Assembly (NCBI GenBank): GCA_049515535.1
Contig: JBEKTZ010000005.1
Coordinates: forward strand, 62,001-126,000
Source: Candidatus Aminicenantales bacterium
GTDB lineage: Bacteria; Acidobacteriota; Aminicenantia; Aminicenantales; UBA4085
Direction: 5' to 3'
Length of the DNA stretch: 64,000 nt
Position numbers and translations under genes: made by a program. Below the pieces are notes generated by a model. The model did not search any database. It was not told the origin of the DNA and was given only the letters and a program-made list of their open reading frames with translations. The stretch's first letter is position 1. Every line of letters begins with the position of its first letter. This document shows, piece by piece, positions 39,915-50,678 of the stretch.

Positions 39915-42900
39915 TTACGCTTTTTCGGTTTGGACGTCCCGGGCGGGCTTCTCCGCTGTTTTCTTTTTCCCGCTCAGGTTGTCGGCAATGACGTAGAACG
40001 CTGGCACCACGACCAGGCTGAGGACCGTCGACAGGATGAGCCCTCCGATGACGCCGATGGCCATGGGCACGCGGATTTCCGACCCGGAGCCCAGGCCCAA
40101 GGCGGGTGGAATGGCGGCCATCATGGTCGCCGTGGCGGTCATGAGAATGGGCCGGAGGCGGATGGGCCCGGCCTTCTGCATGGACTCCCTGGCATTGAAT
40201 CCTTTGGCCTTGAAGGCATTGGCGTAATCGACCAGGATGATCGAATTCTTCTTGACGATGCCCATGAGCAGCAGCAGCCCGATCATGCTGAAGATGTTGA
40301 GCGATTGGCCGGCGAGGAGGAGAGCGAACGCGGCCCCGGCGATGGACAAGGGCAGGATCGTGATGATGGTCACCGGGTCCTTGTATGAGTTGAATTGGGA
40401 GGCGAGGATCATATAGGCGATCCCGATGCCCAGAAGCATGGCGAAGAGCAGGCTGCTCATCGATTCGCGGAAGGCGACGCTGGCGCCGCCGAGGACGATA
40501 CGGTAGCCCATGGGCAGACCTTTGCTCTGACTTTCCACGTACCTGATCGCCTCGTCCTGGGCATGCCCTAGGGCGACGTTGGCGAAGATCGAGATGGCCC
40601 TTTCCCTGTCCTTTCGGGTTATAGCCTGGAGGGCGGGCTGCTCGTTGTAGCTCACGAGCGATGAGAGGGGGACGAGGGCGCCCGACCGCGTTCTGACTTT
40701 GAGCTTGGCGATGTCCTCCGGCCGGGAACGCTGAGCGGCCAGGAGTTTGAGGCGGACGTCGATACGGCGACCGCCGGAGCTGTATTTGCCGATCCGCACG
40801 CCGCCGACGAGGGCGTTCAAGGTCGTCGCGACCTCGTCGATCGAGACGCCGACATCGGACGCCATCGCCCGATCAGGCTCGACCCTGAGCTCGGGCTGGC
40901 CCAGCCGGTAGTCCGAGTCCAGGTCTTGGACGATCCCGCTCTCTCGGAGTTGGCCCATGATATCCTGGCTGAGCGAGACGAGCTTTTCCCAGTCCGAGCC
41001 GCGCACGGAAAATTCGACCGGGAATCCGCGCTGGGCGGTAAGACCCTGTTGGGACAGGTCCTGGATGACGGCCCGGATGCCGGGGACGGCGTTCAATTCG
41101 CGCCTTAGGATGGTCGAAAGATCGGCCACGCTCAGTTTCCTCTCCTTGGGCGGGACGAGGGTGATGTTCATGCTCCCCGAGCTTGCGCCGCCCATGCCGA
41201 TGTTCAAGAAAGACTGGATGACCTCGGGCCGCCGCCCCACGATATCTTCCGCTCTTGCCATCAACATGCTCGTTTCCGTGATATCGGCGCCGACCGCGGT
41301 CTGGATTCGGATCGACATGCGGCTTAAGTCCTGGGTAGGAACGAACTCGGACGGCATCGAAGTCAGGATGACGATCGCCGCGACAAAAAGGGCAAGGCCC
41401 CCGAGGAGAATCAGCCCGGGCCGTTTCAAGCTTCGCCCCAGGACGCGGCTGTAAAGCCCTTCCAGCCCTCGAAAGCCGCGATCGACGAGAAGCCCGACAC
41501 GGCTCCTTCCTTCCCGTGATGTCCTTAAAAATTGGGAGCAGCGGGCCGGGGCCAGGGTAACGGCCTCGACGTAGGAGAGAAGGACGGCCAGGCAGAGGGT
41601 GATGCCGAACTGAAGAAAGAACTTGCCGATGATCCCCTTGACGAAGACGACGGGAATGAAGATGGCGACGACGGCCAGCGTCGCGGCCAGGGCGGCGAAG
41701 GCGATCTCCTGGGTTCCGCCCAAGGCAGCCTCAACGAGCCCCTCGCCTCCTTCCCGATGACGAAAGATGTTTTCCATGACCATGATGGCGTCATCGACGA
41801 CGATGCCGACAGCCAGGGCCATGGCCAGGAGGGTGAACGTGTTGAAGGTGAATCCGAGGAAGTAGATGATGGCCACCGTGCCCAGGAGGGACATGGGAAT
41901 GGCCAGGATGACATTGAGCGTGCTGGAAAAGGAGCCGAGGAACAGCCAGCAGACGAAAGCGGTCAGAAGGACCGAGAGGAGGATCTCGAATTGGATCTCA
42001 TTGACGGATTCCTCGATGAACTTCGTCGTGTCGAAAACCACATTGGTCGTGATGCCTTCCGGGAGGGTCTTCTGAAATGTGTCCAGGGCGGCCCGAACCG
42101 ACTTGGCCAAGGCCACGGCGTTCGATCCGCGCTGTTTTTTTATCGACAGACCCTGAGCCGGAACGCCGTTGACGCGGGCCAGCCGCCTCGTGTCGTCGAA
42201 ACCGTCTTCGACGAGCGAAACATCGCCGACGTAGAGGGGGCCGCCGTTGACTTCGCGGACAACGATCTTGCGCAGAGTCTCCAGGTCAATGGCTTCGCCG
42301 AGGACGCGGACGTTGACCTCTCGTCCCGACGTCTCCAGACGGCCGGCGGGAAGCTCGATATGCTCGCGCTGCAAGGCCTCGATGACGTCTTGGACGGTCA
42401 GTCCTTTTTCGTCGAGTTTGGTCGCGTCCAGCCAGACGCGAATGTTGCGGTCCTGGACGCCCATCAGCGAGATCTCACCCATGCCGGGGATCGTCTGAAG
42501 TTTCTCCTTGAGGCTGTATTGGATGTAATCGGTCAGGACACGAGGAGGAACCGCGCCGGCCAGAGAAATCATCATGATCGGTTGATCCTCGGGGTTGGAC
42601 TTGGAGATCGTCGGTGGATCGATGTCCCGGGGAAGGGAACGGGTGGCCTGGGACACTTTGGCCTGGACGTCCTGCAAGGCCAGGTCCACGTCCCGGGACA
42701 ATTCCATTTCGAGAGTGATCGACGCGCCGCCCATGCGGGAGCTCGAGCTGATGGTCTTGAGGCCTTCGACCTGGACCAGCGCTTCCTCCAAGATTTCGAC
42801 GACATCGTTCTCGACGACCTCGGGAGCCGCGCCCGCCCAGGAGATATTGACCGAGATGGTGGGAAAGTCCACATCGGGGAACTGGCTGATGCCGATCCGG

Positions 42901-42989
42901 GTTCCGGCCACGATCCCGAAAACGATGGTCGCAGCCATCATCATCCAGGCGAGAACAGGCTTTTTAACGCATACTTCGGTGATCTTCAT
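39915..42989 (-). CDS. AcrB/AcrD/AcrF family RND permease
   Basis: FPDVDFPTISV, GIVVDDAIMVMEN, GIVKKNSILLVD-like, RLRPILMT. Confidence 0.96.
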   Translation of the reverse strand: MKITEVCVKKPVLAWMMMAATIVFGIVAGTRIGISQFPDVDFPTISVNISWAGAAPEVVENDVVEILEEALVQVEGLKTISSSSRMGGASITLEMELSRDVDLALQDVQAKVSQATRSLPRDIDPPTISKSNPEDQPIMMISLAGAVPPRVLTDYIQYSLKEKLQTIPGMGEISLMGVQDRNIRVWLDATKLDEKGLTVQDVIEALQREHIELPAGRLETSGREVNVRVLGEAIDLETLRKIVVREVNGGPLYVGDVSLVEDGFDDTRRLARVNGVPAQGLSIKKQRGSNAVALAKSVRAALDTFQKTLPEGITTNVVFDTTKFIEESVNEIQFEILLSVLLTAFVCWLFLGSFSSTLNVILAIPMSLLGTVAIIYFLGFTFNTFTLLAMALAVGIVVDDAIMVMENIFRHREGGEGLVEAALGGTQEIAFAALAATLAVVAIFIPVVFVKGIIGKFFLQFGITLCLAVLLSYVEAVTLAPARCSQFLRTSREGRSRVGLLVDRGFRGLEGLYSRVLGRSLKRPGLILLGGLALFVAAIVILTSMPSEFVPTQDLSRMSIRIQTAVGADITETSMLMARAEDIVGRRPEVIQSFLNIGMGGASSGSMNITLVPPKERKLSVADLSTILRRELNAVPGIRAVIQDLSQQGLTAQRGFPVEFSVRGSDWEKLVSLSQDIMGQLRESGIVQDLDSDYRLGQPELRVEPDRAMASDVGVSIDEVATTLNALVGGVRIGKYSSGGRRIDVRLKLLAAQRSRPEDIAKLKVRTRSGALVPLSSLVSYNEQPALQAITRKDRERAISIFANVALGHAQDEAIRYVESQSKGLPMGYRIVLGGASVAFRESMSSLLFAMLLGIGIAYMILASQFNSYKDPVTIITILPLSIAGAAFALLLAGQSLNIFSMIGLLLLMGIVKKNSIILVDYANAFKAKGFNARESMQKAGPIRLRPILMTATATMMAAIPPALGLGSGSEIRVPMAIGVIGGLILSTVLSLVVVPAFYVIADNLSGKKKTAEKPARDVQTEKA

Positions 42990-43010
42990 CGGGGAGCTCC
43001 TCGCGGCGCT

Positions 43011-44189
43011 TCATTTCTTTTTCGGGCCGGGAGCGGCCGGGGCCTGTTCGCCGGATTTTATGACCTTCACCGGCGCATTGGCGCGCAGCGCGTCGGCGCC
43101 GCGAACCACCAGTAATTCGCCGGGCTGCAGCCCGGAAAGGACTTCGGCCTGGCCGTCCGCGGTCCGCATCCCAATTGTCAGGATCCGTTCTATGGCCATG
43201 TCCTTTTCGATGACGTAGGCGATAAAACCGCGCTCGCTGGGCCGGATCGCTATCTGGGGGATAACCGGAGCGGTCCGAGAAGCGCTGACCGGGATCGTGA
43301 TCTCGGCAAAGGCTCCCGGCCGGAGGGCCATGTCGCTCGTGTCGCGGATCTCGGCGGTCACGGCGACCATCCGGGTTCCTTCATCGGCGGCCGCAGCGAC
43401 GTGGACGATCTTGGAAGCGTATTCTTTCTCGTTGTCCCTGACTTTGAAGTTCGCAACCTGTCCGGGCCGCAGCTCGGCCGCGGATCGCTCGGGGACGCTG
43501 AACCTGAGAAGGAGAGGATCGCGGCGGATCAGGGTGGCAAGAACTGTTCCGACCTGGACGTATTGTCCGGTCTGGACGGTCCGGGTCTGGAGGATGCCGT
43601 TGAAGGGAGCCCGGACATAGGCGTCATGGAGGTTGAGCTTAGCCTGGTTAAGCGCCACAAGGGTCTGAGCGACATCGGAGGCCGCCAGTAGGACTTTGGT
43701 TCGCCATGTTTCAAGCTCTTCTCCGGGGATGAGGCCCGGCGTCTGGGTGATGACAATCTCGCGGCGTTTCAGCCCGGCCTCAGCATCAGCCTTCGCGGCC
43801 AGGGCCTTGTCATAGGCCGCTTGGGCCGATTCAACGGCCAGCTTATAGCGCTCGGGCTCGATCTCGACCAGGATTTGATCGACCGCGGCCAGATTGCCCT
43901 CGGCGAACAACACCCTGTCCACGACGCCTGAAACTCGGGCCGTGACCTGGACCTTTTCAAAGGCATCGACCGATCCCACGGCGATGACGGTAAAGACGAG
44001 CGAACGAACCGTGACGGGCACGACCTCGACGGGAAAAGTGACTTTTGATTTTTCCGCGGCCCCTCCCTTTTTTAGGGGAGGCGACGCCTGGCCCTCCGTC
44101 TGGCCGCCGCCTTTATTGCAGGATGGAACGATGAGGAGGCAAACGAGGATTGCGCAGGCGAACGTCTTATCTATCCATTTAATTCTCAA
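43011..44189 (-). CDS. RND efflux membrane fusion protein
   Basis: MFP lipoyl/hairpin pattern, RAPFNG, LRPGAF; TTG start after AAAGGAG. Confidence 0.9.
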   Translation of the reverse strand: MRIKWIDKTFACAILVCLLIVPSCNKGGGQTEGQASPPLKKGGAAEKSKVTFPVEVVPVTVRSLVFTVIAVGSVDAFEKVQVTARVSGVVDRVLFAEGNLAAVDQILVEIEPERYKLAVESAQAAYDKALAAKADAEAGLKRREIVITQTPGLIPGEELETWRTKVLLAASDVAQTLVALNQAKLNLHDAYVRAPFNGILQTRTVQTGQYVQVGTVLATLIRRDPLLLRFSVPERSAAELRPGQVANFKVRDNEKEYASKIVHVAAAADEGTRMVAVTAEIRDTSDMALRPGAFAEITIPVSASRTAPVIPQIAIRPSERGFIAYVIEKDMAIERILTIGMRTADGQAEVLSGLQPGELLVVRGADALRANAPVKVIKSGEQAPAAPGPKKK

Positions 44190-45531
44190 TGATCGTCTCC
44201 TTTCCAAAAGGGTCCAACCCCAGGGCGGCATCCAGATTCAGATAGGCAATTCCCAGGCTGTACTTGGCCTGGACAAGGCCGACTTCGGCGTCAAAGAGCC
44301 CGACGTTCGCGTCCGCAACTTGGAGGGCCGTGGTGAGTCCCTGGCGATAAAGTTCGTTGGTCTCCGCGGCATTCCTTCGGGCGACTTCAAGAGCGACGGT
44401 GGCCAGCTTGAGCGCAGCCTTCTGATTGGTCAAGGAGACGAGCGCGTTTCGGACATCCAGCTCCACGCGGCGCATCGCCGCCTGGAGGTCCAGATCGGCC
44501 TGATAAGCGAGCGCTTTTCGTTCGCTGTACTCCCCGTTGCGGGTGAGCCTGTCGAAGATCGACCAGCTCATGGTCACTCCCACGTTCCAGTTAAAGTTCT
44601 TGCCCGTCAAGCCGGCTTCGTTGGTATAACCGTATTGGCCGTTCAGGCTCAAGCTGGGCAGCCACTTCAGGATCGGTTCCAGGATGAGCGCGTGCTGGGA
44701 CTTAGCATGCCAGCGCAGAGAGATGACGTCGGGCCGCTGGCTTTGGGCTTCCGGAATCAATTTTTCGACGGCCGCCGGCTGCTCATCGACGGCCTGAAGA
44801 AGGAAATCGGGAGCTTTCAGTTTCCTCGGGGGCAGGGCATTTAAAAGATAGCCGAGCTGAAGATAGGTGGTCTCGACCTGACCCGTGACCTGCGTGACGC
44901 CCATCTCGGCGGTGGCATATTCAAGTTCCGTCCTCGTGACGTCATTGACCGAGACCAGGCCGGCGGAATACCGGGCCCTGGCCGCATCCAGATTCTGCTT
45001 GGCGAAATCGAGACGGTGGTTGGATGCGACGAGGATCTGATCGACGCTCAGCGTCATGAGGAAGGCGTTGCTGACTTCGAAGCTCAGGGTCCGCTTACTA
45101 TCCGCCGTCGCGTACCGCTGGGAGATCCTGTCGGAGTCGGCCTGCTTCAGGGCAGGGATGCTGTGTGAATCGAAGAGGATCAAACTCAACTGCGCGACGC
45201 CCGAGAGGGCGTTCAGGTCTTGGATGACGACGGGTTGGTTTCCGACCACGCGGATGACCTCGAACGGCCGGCGCGTATAAGTGCTGGAAACGCTGATGTT
45301 CGGCAGGAAGAAAGCGCGCGCTTTGGTAAGCCGCGCATCGGCCGCATTGACGCTTTGGTCGGCGGACAGAGCTCGTTCGTTCCCGCTCAGGGCCATCTTG
45401 ATCGCCGATTCGAGAGTCAGGAATTCTTCTTCGGCCCAAATCAGCAGCGGGACGAGGAGGCCAAAGAGCAAAACCGGGGCCAAGCCACGGAGCGTCTTGC
45501 GGCGTCTCTTAGATTCCTTTATCCTCTTCAC
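44179..45531 (-). CDS. TolC family outer membrane protein
   Basis: LTLESAIKMAL, OEP repeats; GTG start after AAAGGAGG. Confidence 0.9.
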   Translation of the reverse strand: MKRIKESKRRRKTLRGLAPVLLFGLLVPLLIWAEEEFLTLESAIKMALSGNERALSADQSVNAADARLTKARAFFLPNISVSSTYTRRPFEVIRVVGNQPVVIQDLNALSGVAQLSLILFDSHSIPALKQADSDRISQRYATADSKRTLSFEVSNAFLMTLSVDQILVASNHRLDFAKQNLDAARARYSAGLVSVNDVTRTELEYATAEMGVTQVTGQVETTYLQLGYLLNALPPRKLKAPDFLLQAVDEQPAAVEKLIPEAQSQRPDVISLRWHAKSQHALILEPILKWLPSLSLNGQYGYTNEAGLTGKNFNWNVGVTMSWSIFDRLTRNGEYSERKALAYQADLDLQAAMRRVELDVRNALVSLTNQKAALKLATVALEVARRNAAETNELYRQGLTTALQVADANVGLFDAEVGLVQAKYSLGIAYLNLDAALGLDPFGKETIIEN

Positions 45532-45632
45532 TTGATCGAGCCCTCCTTTTTCGAAGCGTCCGGGACACATAAGATAATCCCAAACGTTTTTTGACGTCAA
45601 CGTCAAATCATTACCGATCCGGAGAGGAATAA

Positions 45633-45658
45633 GAAAGCCTCCCCCGGGGGAGGCTTTC
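45633..45658. terminator. Putative intrinsic terminator downstream of the tolC at 45732-47318
   Basis: Perfect palindrome GAAAGCCTCCCCCGGGGGAGGCTTTC with T-rich flanks. Confidence 0.65.
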
Positions 45659-45731
45659 GCTTTTTTCAGTCAACCGAAGCCGGGCTGCTGCCCGGCAAGA
45701 CGTTTTCCCGTTCAAAACCCGTCCGTTTTCG

Positions 45732-47318
45732 TTATTTATTGTTCACCAGATCGGAAATCTTGATGTTTCTCTTTTCGAGAATTACCCCCATGGACCGGTC
45801 AAGGGCGACCTGGGCCAGATTGTAGTTGATAATGGCCTGGAGTTCCGCAACGCGAGCGTTCGTCAGGTCCCGCTGATCTAGGAGAACGGTATAATTCGTG
45901 CTCATGCCGACACGAAGCTTATCCTGTTCGGCCTGGAGTTTTTTCTCGGCCAGGTCCCGGGCGACCGTGTAGGCCTGGACCTGTTTATAGGTCGTTTCGA
46001 GGGTACGGACGGCGTTCCTGATTTCGAGGACCACCTGTTGTTCCTGGCTCTTCATGTTGATGAGCGCCTGGTCCAAGTTGAGTTGGGCCTGTGCGGCGCT
46101 TGCCCGCGAAATCATATTGCTCAAAGGAATGGTCAAGTTCAGGCTGACCTGCCAGTTCTGATACTTGAAATTGAAAGCGTCCTTCAACGCCTGCGAGCCG
46201 CTCCCCGGAACGGTTCCGATGACGTTGCCGTCGAGAGGATTACCGCTATAGAGGATCTGCGTGCCGGCGACGCCGGGGCTCCAGTAGCGCGCGTTGAAGC
46301 TCAGGTTCGGCAGAAGCTGGTTTTTGGCATAGGTCAGGCCCAGGTCCTGGATTTTGAGGCCGATCTGGGAGATCTTCAAGTCGGTCCGTTTCTGCATGGC
46401 GGTCATAAGGGCCTGGCTCAGGTCCACTTTCACCTCTTCGAACTTCGGCTTGTCCAGGGCCACCACTTCGCGCAGCCCCTGCTCCTCTTCGCTCGAGAGA
46501 TTGATGAGCATTTTCAACTGGTCTTCGCTGCTCTTCACCGACGCCTCGGCCGCGATAATGCCGGCCTCACGGTTGGCCACCTCGGCCTCGGCGCTCAGGA
46601 CATCCATCGGGGCTAGCGTGCCGATCTCGACCGAGTGCTGGTTATTCACTAAGGAATCCTTGGCCAACTGGAGGGCCAGTTGCTGCACTTTGAGGTTATC
46701 GATGCTGTAAACGAGGGTCCAATAGGCCTGGGTGACGCTGTAGACCATGTCCTGGACCGTTTTGTTGAAAGTGGCCTCGGAAATGTCCAGGCTGTTCCGG
46801 GCGATGATGATGCTGTAGTTGGCCATCCTGTAACCGAAGCCCTGCAACAAAGGCTGGGTGAAATTGAACGAGAGCTGGCCTTGGTAGGCGGGGTTTATCG
46901 TCTGGCCTCTCTTGTTGGTATCCGATTTACTTCCCGTGACGGAGATCGAAAACGACCCGCCGATGGGCGTTTGCTGAGTGATCTGGCTGGAATAGCTGTT
47001 CCCGATCGTGATATTCTGGGCTCCGGGCGAGTCGAGCCAGGAATACGAGGCGCTTTTATTGCTCGAATCGGTAAAGCTGAACGACAGCGTGGGATAATAC
47101 TTCTCGGCGGCCTGGGTCAGGGCCATCGCCGCCACCTCCGGCGAAATGATCGCGGCCTGGAGAGAGAGGTTTTTCTGCAGCGTCCGCGTGATGCAATCAT
47201 CGAGGGACAACGAAAGCGTTTTGCCCTGGGGCTGCGGCGTCTGGGCCTGTCCCCAATTCAGAGCGGGCCAGAGCAATAACAGCAAGCCTATAAGACTGAT
47301 GGTTCTTCTGATCTTCAT
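45732..47318 (-). CDS. TolC family outer membrane protein
   Basis: Signal peptide, LSLDDCI, FTQPLL, OEP repeats. Confidence 0.92.
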   Translation of the reverse strand: MKIRRTISLIGLLLLLWPALNWGQAQTPQPQGKTLSLSLDDCITRTLQKNLSLQAAIISPEVAAMALTQAAEKYYPTLSFSFTDSSNKSASYSWLDSPGAQNITIGNSYSSQITQQTPIGGSFSISVTGSKSDTNKRGQTINPAYQGQLSFNFTQPLLQGFGYRMANYSIIIARNSLDISEATFNKTVQDMVYSVTQAYWTLVYSIDNLKVQQLALQLAKDSLVNNQHSVEIGTLAPMDVLSAEAEVANREAGIIAAEASVKSSEDQLKMLINLSSEEEQGLREVVALDKPKFEEVKVDLSQALMTAMQKRTDLKISQIGLKIQDLGLTYAKNQLLPNLSFNARYWSPGVAGTQILYSGNPLDGNVIGTVPGSGSQALKDAFNFKYQNWQVSLNLTIPLSNMISRASAAQAQLNLDQALINMKSQEQQVVLEIRNAVRTLETTYKQVQAYTVARDLAEKKLQAEQDKLRVGMSTNYTVLLDQRDLTNARVAELQAIINYNLAQVALDRSMGVILEKRNIKISDLVNNK

Positions 47319-47333
47319 ATCAAATCTCCTTCA

Positions 47334-48560
47334 TTATTCGTATCTCAGGGCCTCAATCGGGTCGAGCTTCGACGCTTTGCGGGCGGGGTAGAACCCGAAG
47401 AACACGCCTACCGAAGCCGAGAAGAGGAACGCGAGCAGAACGGAATTGATGGAAACGACGGTCGTAATGGAAGCGAAAATGGGGATGTACTTCAACAGTT
47501 TAGAGATGCCGACGCCCAGGATGATGCCGAGAATTCCGCCGATCAAGCTCAGGACGATCGCTTCGACGAGGAACTGGAGCAGGATGTCCTTTTCCCGGGC
47601 GCCGATCGACATCCGAATGCCGATCTCCCGGATCCGCTCAGTCACCGAAACGAGCATGATGTTCATGATTCCGATTCCGCCGACAAGGAGTGAGATCGAG
47701 GCGATGCTGCCCAGGAGCAGCGTCAAGATATTGGTCGCATCGGCCGCGCTCTCAGCGATGTCCGCCATGTTGCGAACCTGAAAATCGTCATCCGAACCGG
47801 GCATGATCTTATGCCGATTCCGGAGGAGGTCCGTGATCTCCGCCTGGGCCTGCGTGGTCGTGTCCGCGGAAGCGGCCGAAACATCGATCGACGAGATGAA
47901 ATCGGTCTTCTGCAGCCGCATCATCAGGGTCGTATAAGGAACGCAGATCATGTCGTCGCGGCTGCCGAAACCCGCGGATTCGCCCTTGGCCACCAGAACT
48001 CCGACGACGGTGAAGGGGACTTTCTTGATCCGGATGACCTTGCCGATGGGATCATCGGTATCGAAGAGGTTCTTTCTCACTTCGCTGGCCAGGACGCAGA
48101 CTTTGGCCCCGGACTTGACCTGGTTGTCATCGAAATAGGCCCCCAGATCTAAATCCCACTTGCGAATATCGGGATAGGCAGCTCCCGTTCCCTGGATGGA
48201 TGTGTTCCAGTTCTTGTTTCCCAAGATGACCTGGGCCCGGGTGCTCACGCTGGGAGATGTGTCCTTCACGGAAGGACATTGTTCTTTGATCGCAACGGCG
48301 TCTTCCACTTTAAGCGTGTTGAAGCCGCCGAATCCCGTCCGCACGCCGCCCGTATTTTTGCTCCCGGGGCTGACGAACAACAAGTTGGTGCCCATGGCGT
48401 TGAACCGGGCTTCGACCGCGGCCTTGGCGCCCGCCCCGATGCTGACCATGGCGATCACGGCGCCGACGCCGATGATGATGCCCAGCATGGTCAAAAAGGT
48501 GCGCATTTTGTTCCGGCCGAGAGCCCGGAATGAAACTCTTATGACTCTGAAAATGTTCAT
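47334..48560 (-). CDS. MacB-like ABC transporter permease
   Basis: RTFLTMLGIIIGV, GGIGIMNIMLVSVTERIREIGIR, DPIEALRYE. Confidence 0.96.
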   Translation of the reverse strand: MNIFRVIRVSFRALGRNKMRTFLTMLGIIIGVGAVIAMVSIGAGAKAAVEARFNAMGTNLLFVSPGSKNTGGVRTGFGGFNTLKVEDAVAIKEQCPSVKDTSPSVSTRAQVILGNKNWNTSIQGTGAAYPDIRKWDLDLGAYFDDNQVKSGAKVCVLASEVRKNLFDTDDPIGKVIRIKKVPFTVVGVLVAKGESAGFGSRDDMICVPYTTLMMRLQKTDFISSIDVSAASADTTTQAQAEITDLLRNRHKIMPGSDDDFQVRNMADIAESAADATNILTLLLGSIASISLLVGGIGIMNIMLVSVTERIREIGIRMSIGAREKDILLQFLVEAIVLSLIGGILGIILGVGISKLLKYIPIFASITTVVSINSVLLAFLFSASVGVFFGFYPARKASKLDPIEALRYE

Positions 48561-48572
48561 TGCCGGACTCCT

Positions 48573-49262
48573 TTAGCTGTTTTCTTCCCTGACGAACAGG
48601 CCGTCGCGGATGAAGATCCGCCGCCTGGCGAGCTGCCCGATATCGGGATCATGGGTGATGATGACGAGGGTCTTTTTCTGCTTTTCGTTGAGGTCGCGGA
48701 AGATGGTCATGATCTCCTCTCCCGTCTTGCTGTCGAGGTTTCCGGTCGGCTCGTCGGCAAGGATCAAAGCCGGGTTGTTTATGAGGGCTCGGGCGATGGC
48801 CACGCGTTGCTGCTCTCCGCCCGAGAGCTGGTTGGTCTTGTGTAATTCGCGGCCTTTCAGCCCCACGGACGCCAGCGCGGCCATGGCCCGCTTCGATCGT
48901 TCCTTCCCATGGACGTTCGAATACAACAAAGGGAGTTCGGCGTTTTCGAGCGCCGTGGTCCGCGAAAGCAGGTTAAAGGTCTGAAAGATGAACCCAATCT
49001 TTTTGTTCCGAGTCGCCGCAAGCCTGTTCTTGTCGTATTTGGAGATGTCCTCGCCATCCAGGAGATAGCGGCCGGTCGTTGGTTTGTCCAGGCAGCCGAG
49101 GATGTTCATCAGCGTCGATTTTCCGGAGCCGGATGGCCCCATGATGGCCACGAAATCGCCTTCCTTGATGGTATAGCTGACGCCCTGGAGAGCCCGGACC
49201 TGGGTTTCTCCCATGATATAAGTCTTAGTCAGGTTTTCAAGTTGAATGACATAGTTGTCCAT
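48573..49262 (-). CDS. MacB/LolD-like ABC ATP-binding protein
   Basis: GPSGSGKST, LSGGEQQRVAIARA, LADEPTGNLD. Confidence 0.97.
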   Translation of the reverse strand: MDNYVIQLENLTKTYIMGETQVRALQGVSYTIKEGDFVAIMGPSGSGKSTLMNILGCLDKPTTGRYLLDGEDISKYDKNRLAATRNKKIGFIFQTFNLLSRTTALENAELPLLYSNVHGKERSKRAMAALASVGLKGRELHKTNQLSGGEQQRVAIARALINNPALILADEPTGNLDSKTGEEIMTIFRDLNEKQKKTLVIITHDPDIGQLARRRIFIRDGLFVREENS

Positions 49263-49289
49263 TGTCTTCTATCTTTAAGTGCGGAAAAA

Positions 49290-50678
49290 TTACCGGCCGG
49301 GGCCGCCGCCCATTCTGATCATCGTCGGTCCGCCGAAGCCCATATTCTGCTGCGTGGTTTTGGCTGCGTTGGCCGGGTTTTCCTCGCCGAGGAGCATTTT
49401 CATCCCTTCCTTGAGTTCGCCGCCGCGGACTTCGGTATAGTTGTTGTCGGTGATGCCAAGCCGGACAAAGACGGGGAAGACCTTGCCCAGATCGTCCTGA
49501 ACCCAGACCTGGCCGCTCGTCCTTTGCCGGTTGCGGGCCTGCGCCTGCAGACGGGCCAGTTGCTCGGCTGATAAATCTCCGCTCAGGGCGCTGCGTTGGC
49601 CGCCTTGGCCGCCTTGACTGCGGTTTCCGGTCTGACCGCCCTGCGTTTTATCTCCCGGCTGGTTGCCGCCCATCTTTTGGCGCATCTCCAGCTGGATCTT
49701 TTCCAATTCCTTGGGATCCAGGGTGGGCGTATATCTCAAAGCGGCGTTGGCGACTTTGAGGACGTCCTTGGCTTCGTTGACGACGATGGAAACCGTGGCC
49801 GTCATGCCCGGCCGGAGTTTCAACTCGGGATTCTCGGCGTCCACGATCGTCGTATAGGTGACGACGTTCGAGACGACTTGGGATGCGTAGCGGACTTGCC
49901 TGACTTGGCCGGTAAAATTCTCTCCGGGGAACGCGTCTACCGTGAAGCGGACTTTCTGGGTTTCCTTCACTTTTCCGATGTCCGCTTCGTCAATGTTGCA
50001 CGACAGCTGCATCTTCGTCAGATCGCTGGCGACTTTGAACAGCACCGGCGCGGTATAGCTGGCCGCCACGGTCTGCCCGACGTTGACGTTCCGCGTGATC
50101 ACGACGCCGTCGATCGGGGATTTGATGATGGCGTAGGACAGGTCTACTTTGCTCGAATCGAGCTGGGATTGGGCCTGGGACAGCCTCGAATCCGCCGAGA
50201 TCACGTTCGCCTTGGCGTTCAAGTAGTTGGCCTCAGCTGTTTCCTTATCTTCGACGGAAATCTGATTTTTCTGGAAGAGGTCCAGTGACCGATCGTACTT
50301 TTTCTTCGCGTTATCGAGCGCGACCTTGGCTTGCTCCACGGACGCGACGGCGCTCTTATTGTTCGCTTCGTTCTGGTCTATTTTGGCCTGAAGAAGGTCC
50401 AGATCGAGCTGGGCCACGATTTGTCCCGCTTTGACTTGGGAATTGAAATCGGCAAAAAGCTTGTCGATTTTCCCCGACACCTGGCTGCCGATATCGACGA
50501 CGGTGACGGCGTCCAGCGTTCCGGACGTCACGACCAGCGCTTCGATGTCGCCTTTCGCGACGGCCTCGCTCCTGTATTTGACTTTGCCGTTCTTGCCGCT
50601 TTTAAAAAGGCCAAACCCCAGGATGACTCCGACGATAACCACCAGAATCACCGCTCCGATGATCACCTTCTTTTTCAT
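49290..50678 (-). CDS. MacA-like efflux periplasmic adaptor
   Basis: GSQVSG, SPIDG, GQTVAAS, DEADIG, LRPGMTA; AAGGAG SD. Confidence 0.94.
   Translation of the reverse strand: MKKKVIIGAVILVVIVGVILGFGLFKSGKNGKVKYRSEAVAKGDIEALVVTSGTLDAVTVVDIGSQVSGKIDKLFADFNSQVKAGQIVAQLDLDLLQAKIDQNEANNKSAVASVEQAKVALDNAKKKYDRSLDLFQKNQISVEDKETAEANYLNAKANVISADSRLSQAQSQLDSSKVDLSYAIIKSPIDGVVITRNVNVGQTVAASYTAPVLFKVASDLTKMQLSCNIDEADIGKVKETQKVRFTVDAFPGENFTGQVRQVRYASQVVSNVVTYTTIVDAENPELKLRPGMTATVSIVVNEAKDVLKVANAALRYTPTLDPKELEKIQLEMRQKMGGNQPGDKTQGGQTGNRSQGGQGGQRSALSGDLSAEQLARLQAQARNRQRTSGQVWVQDDLGKVFPVFVRLGITDNNYTEVRGGELKEGMKMLLGEENPANAAKTTQQNMGFGGPTMIRMGGGPGR

Noticed and set aside
45581..45615. Third copy of the ECF promoter motif upstream of the AcrAB-type operon (CGTCAAA)
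   Set aside because: The -35 GGAAGAA is absent at the required spacing
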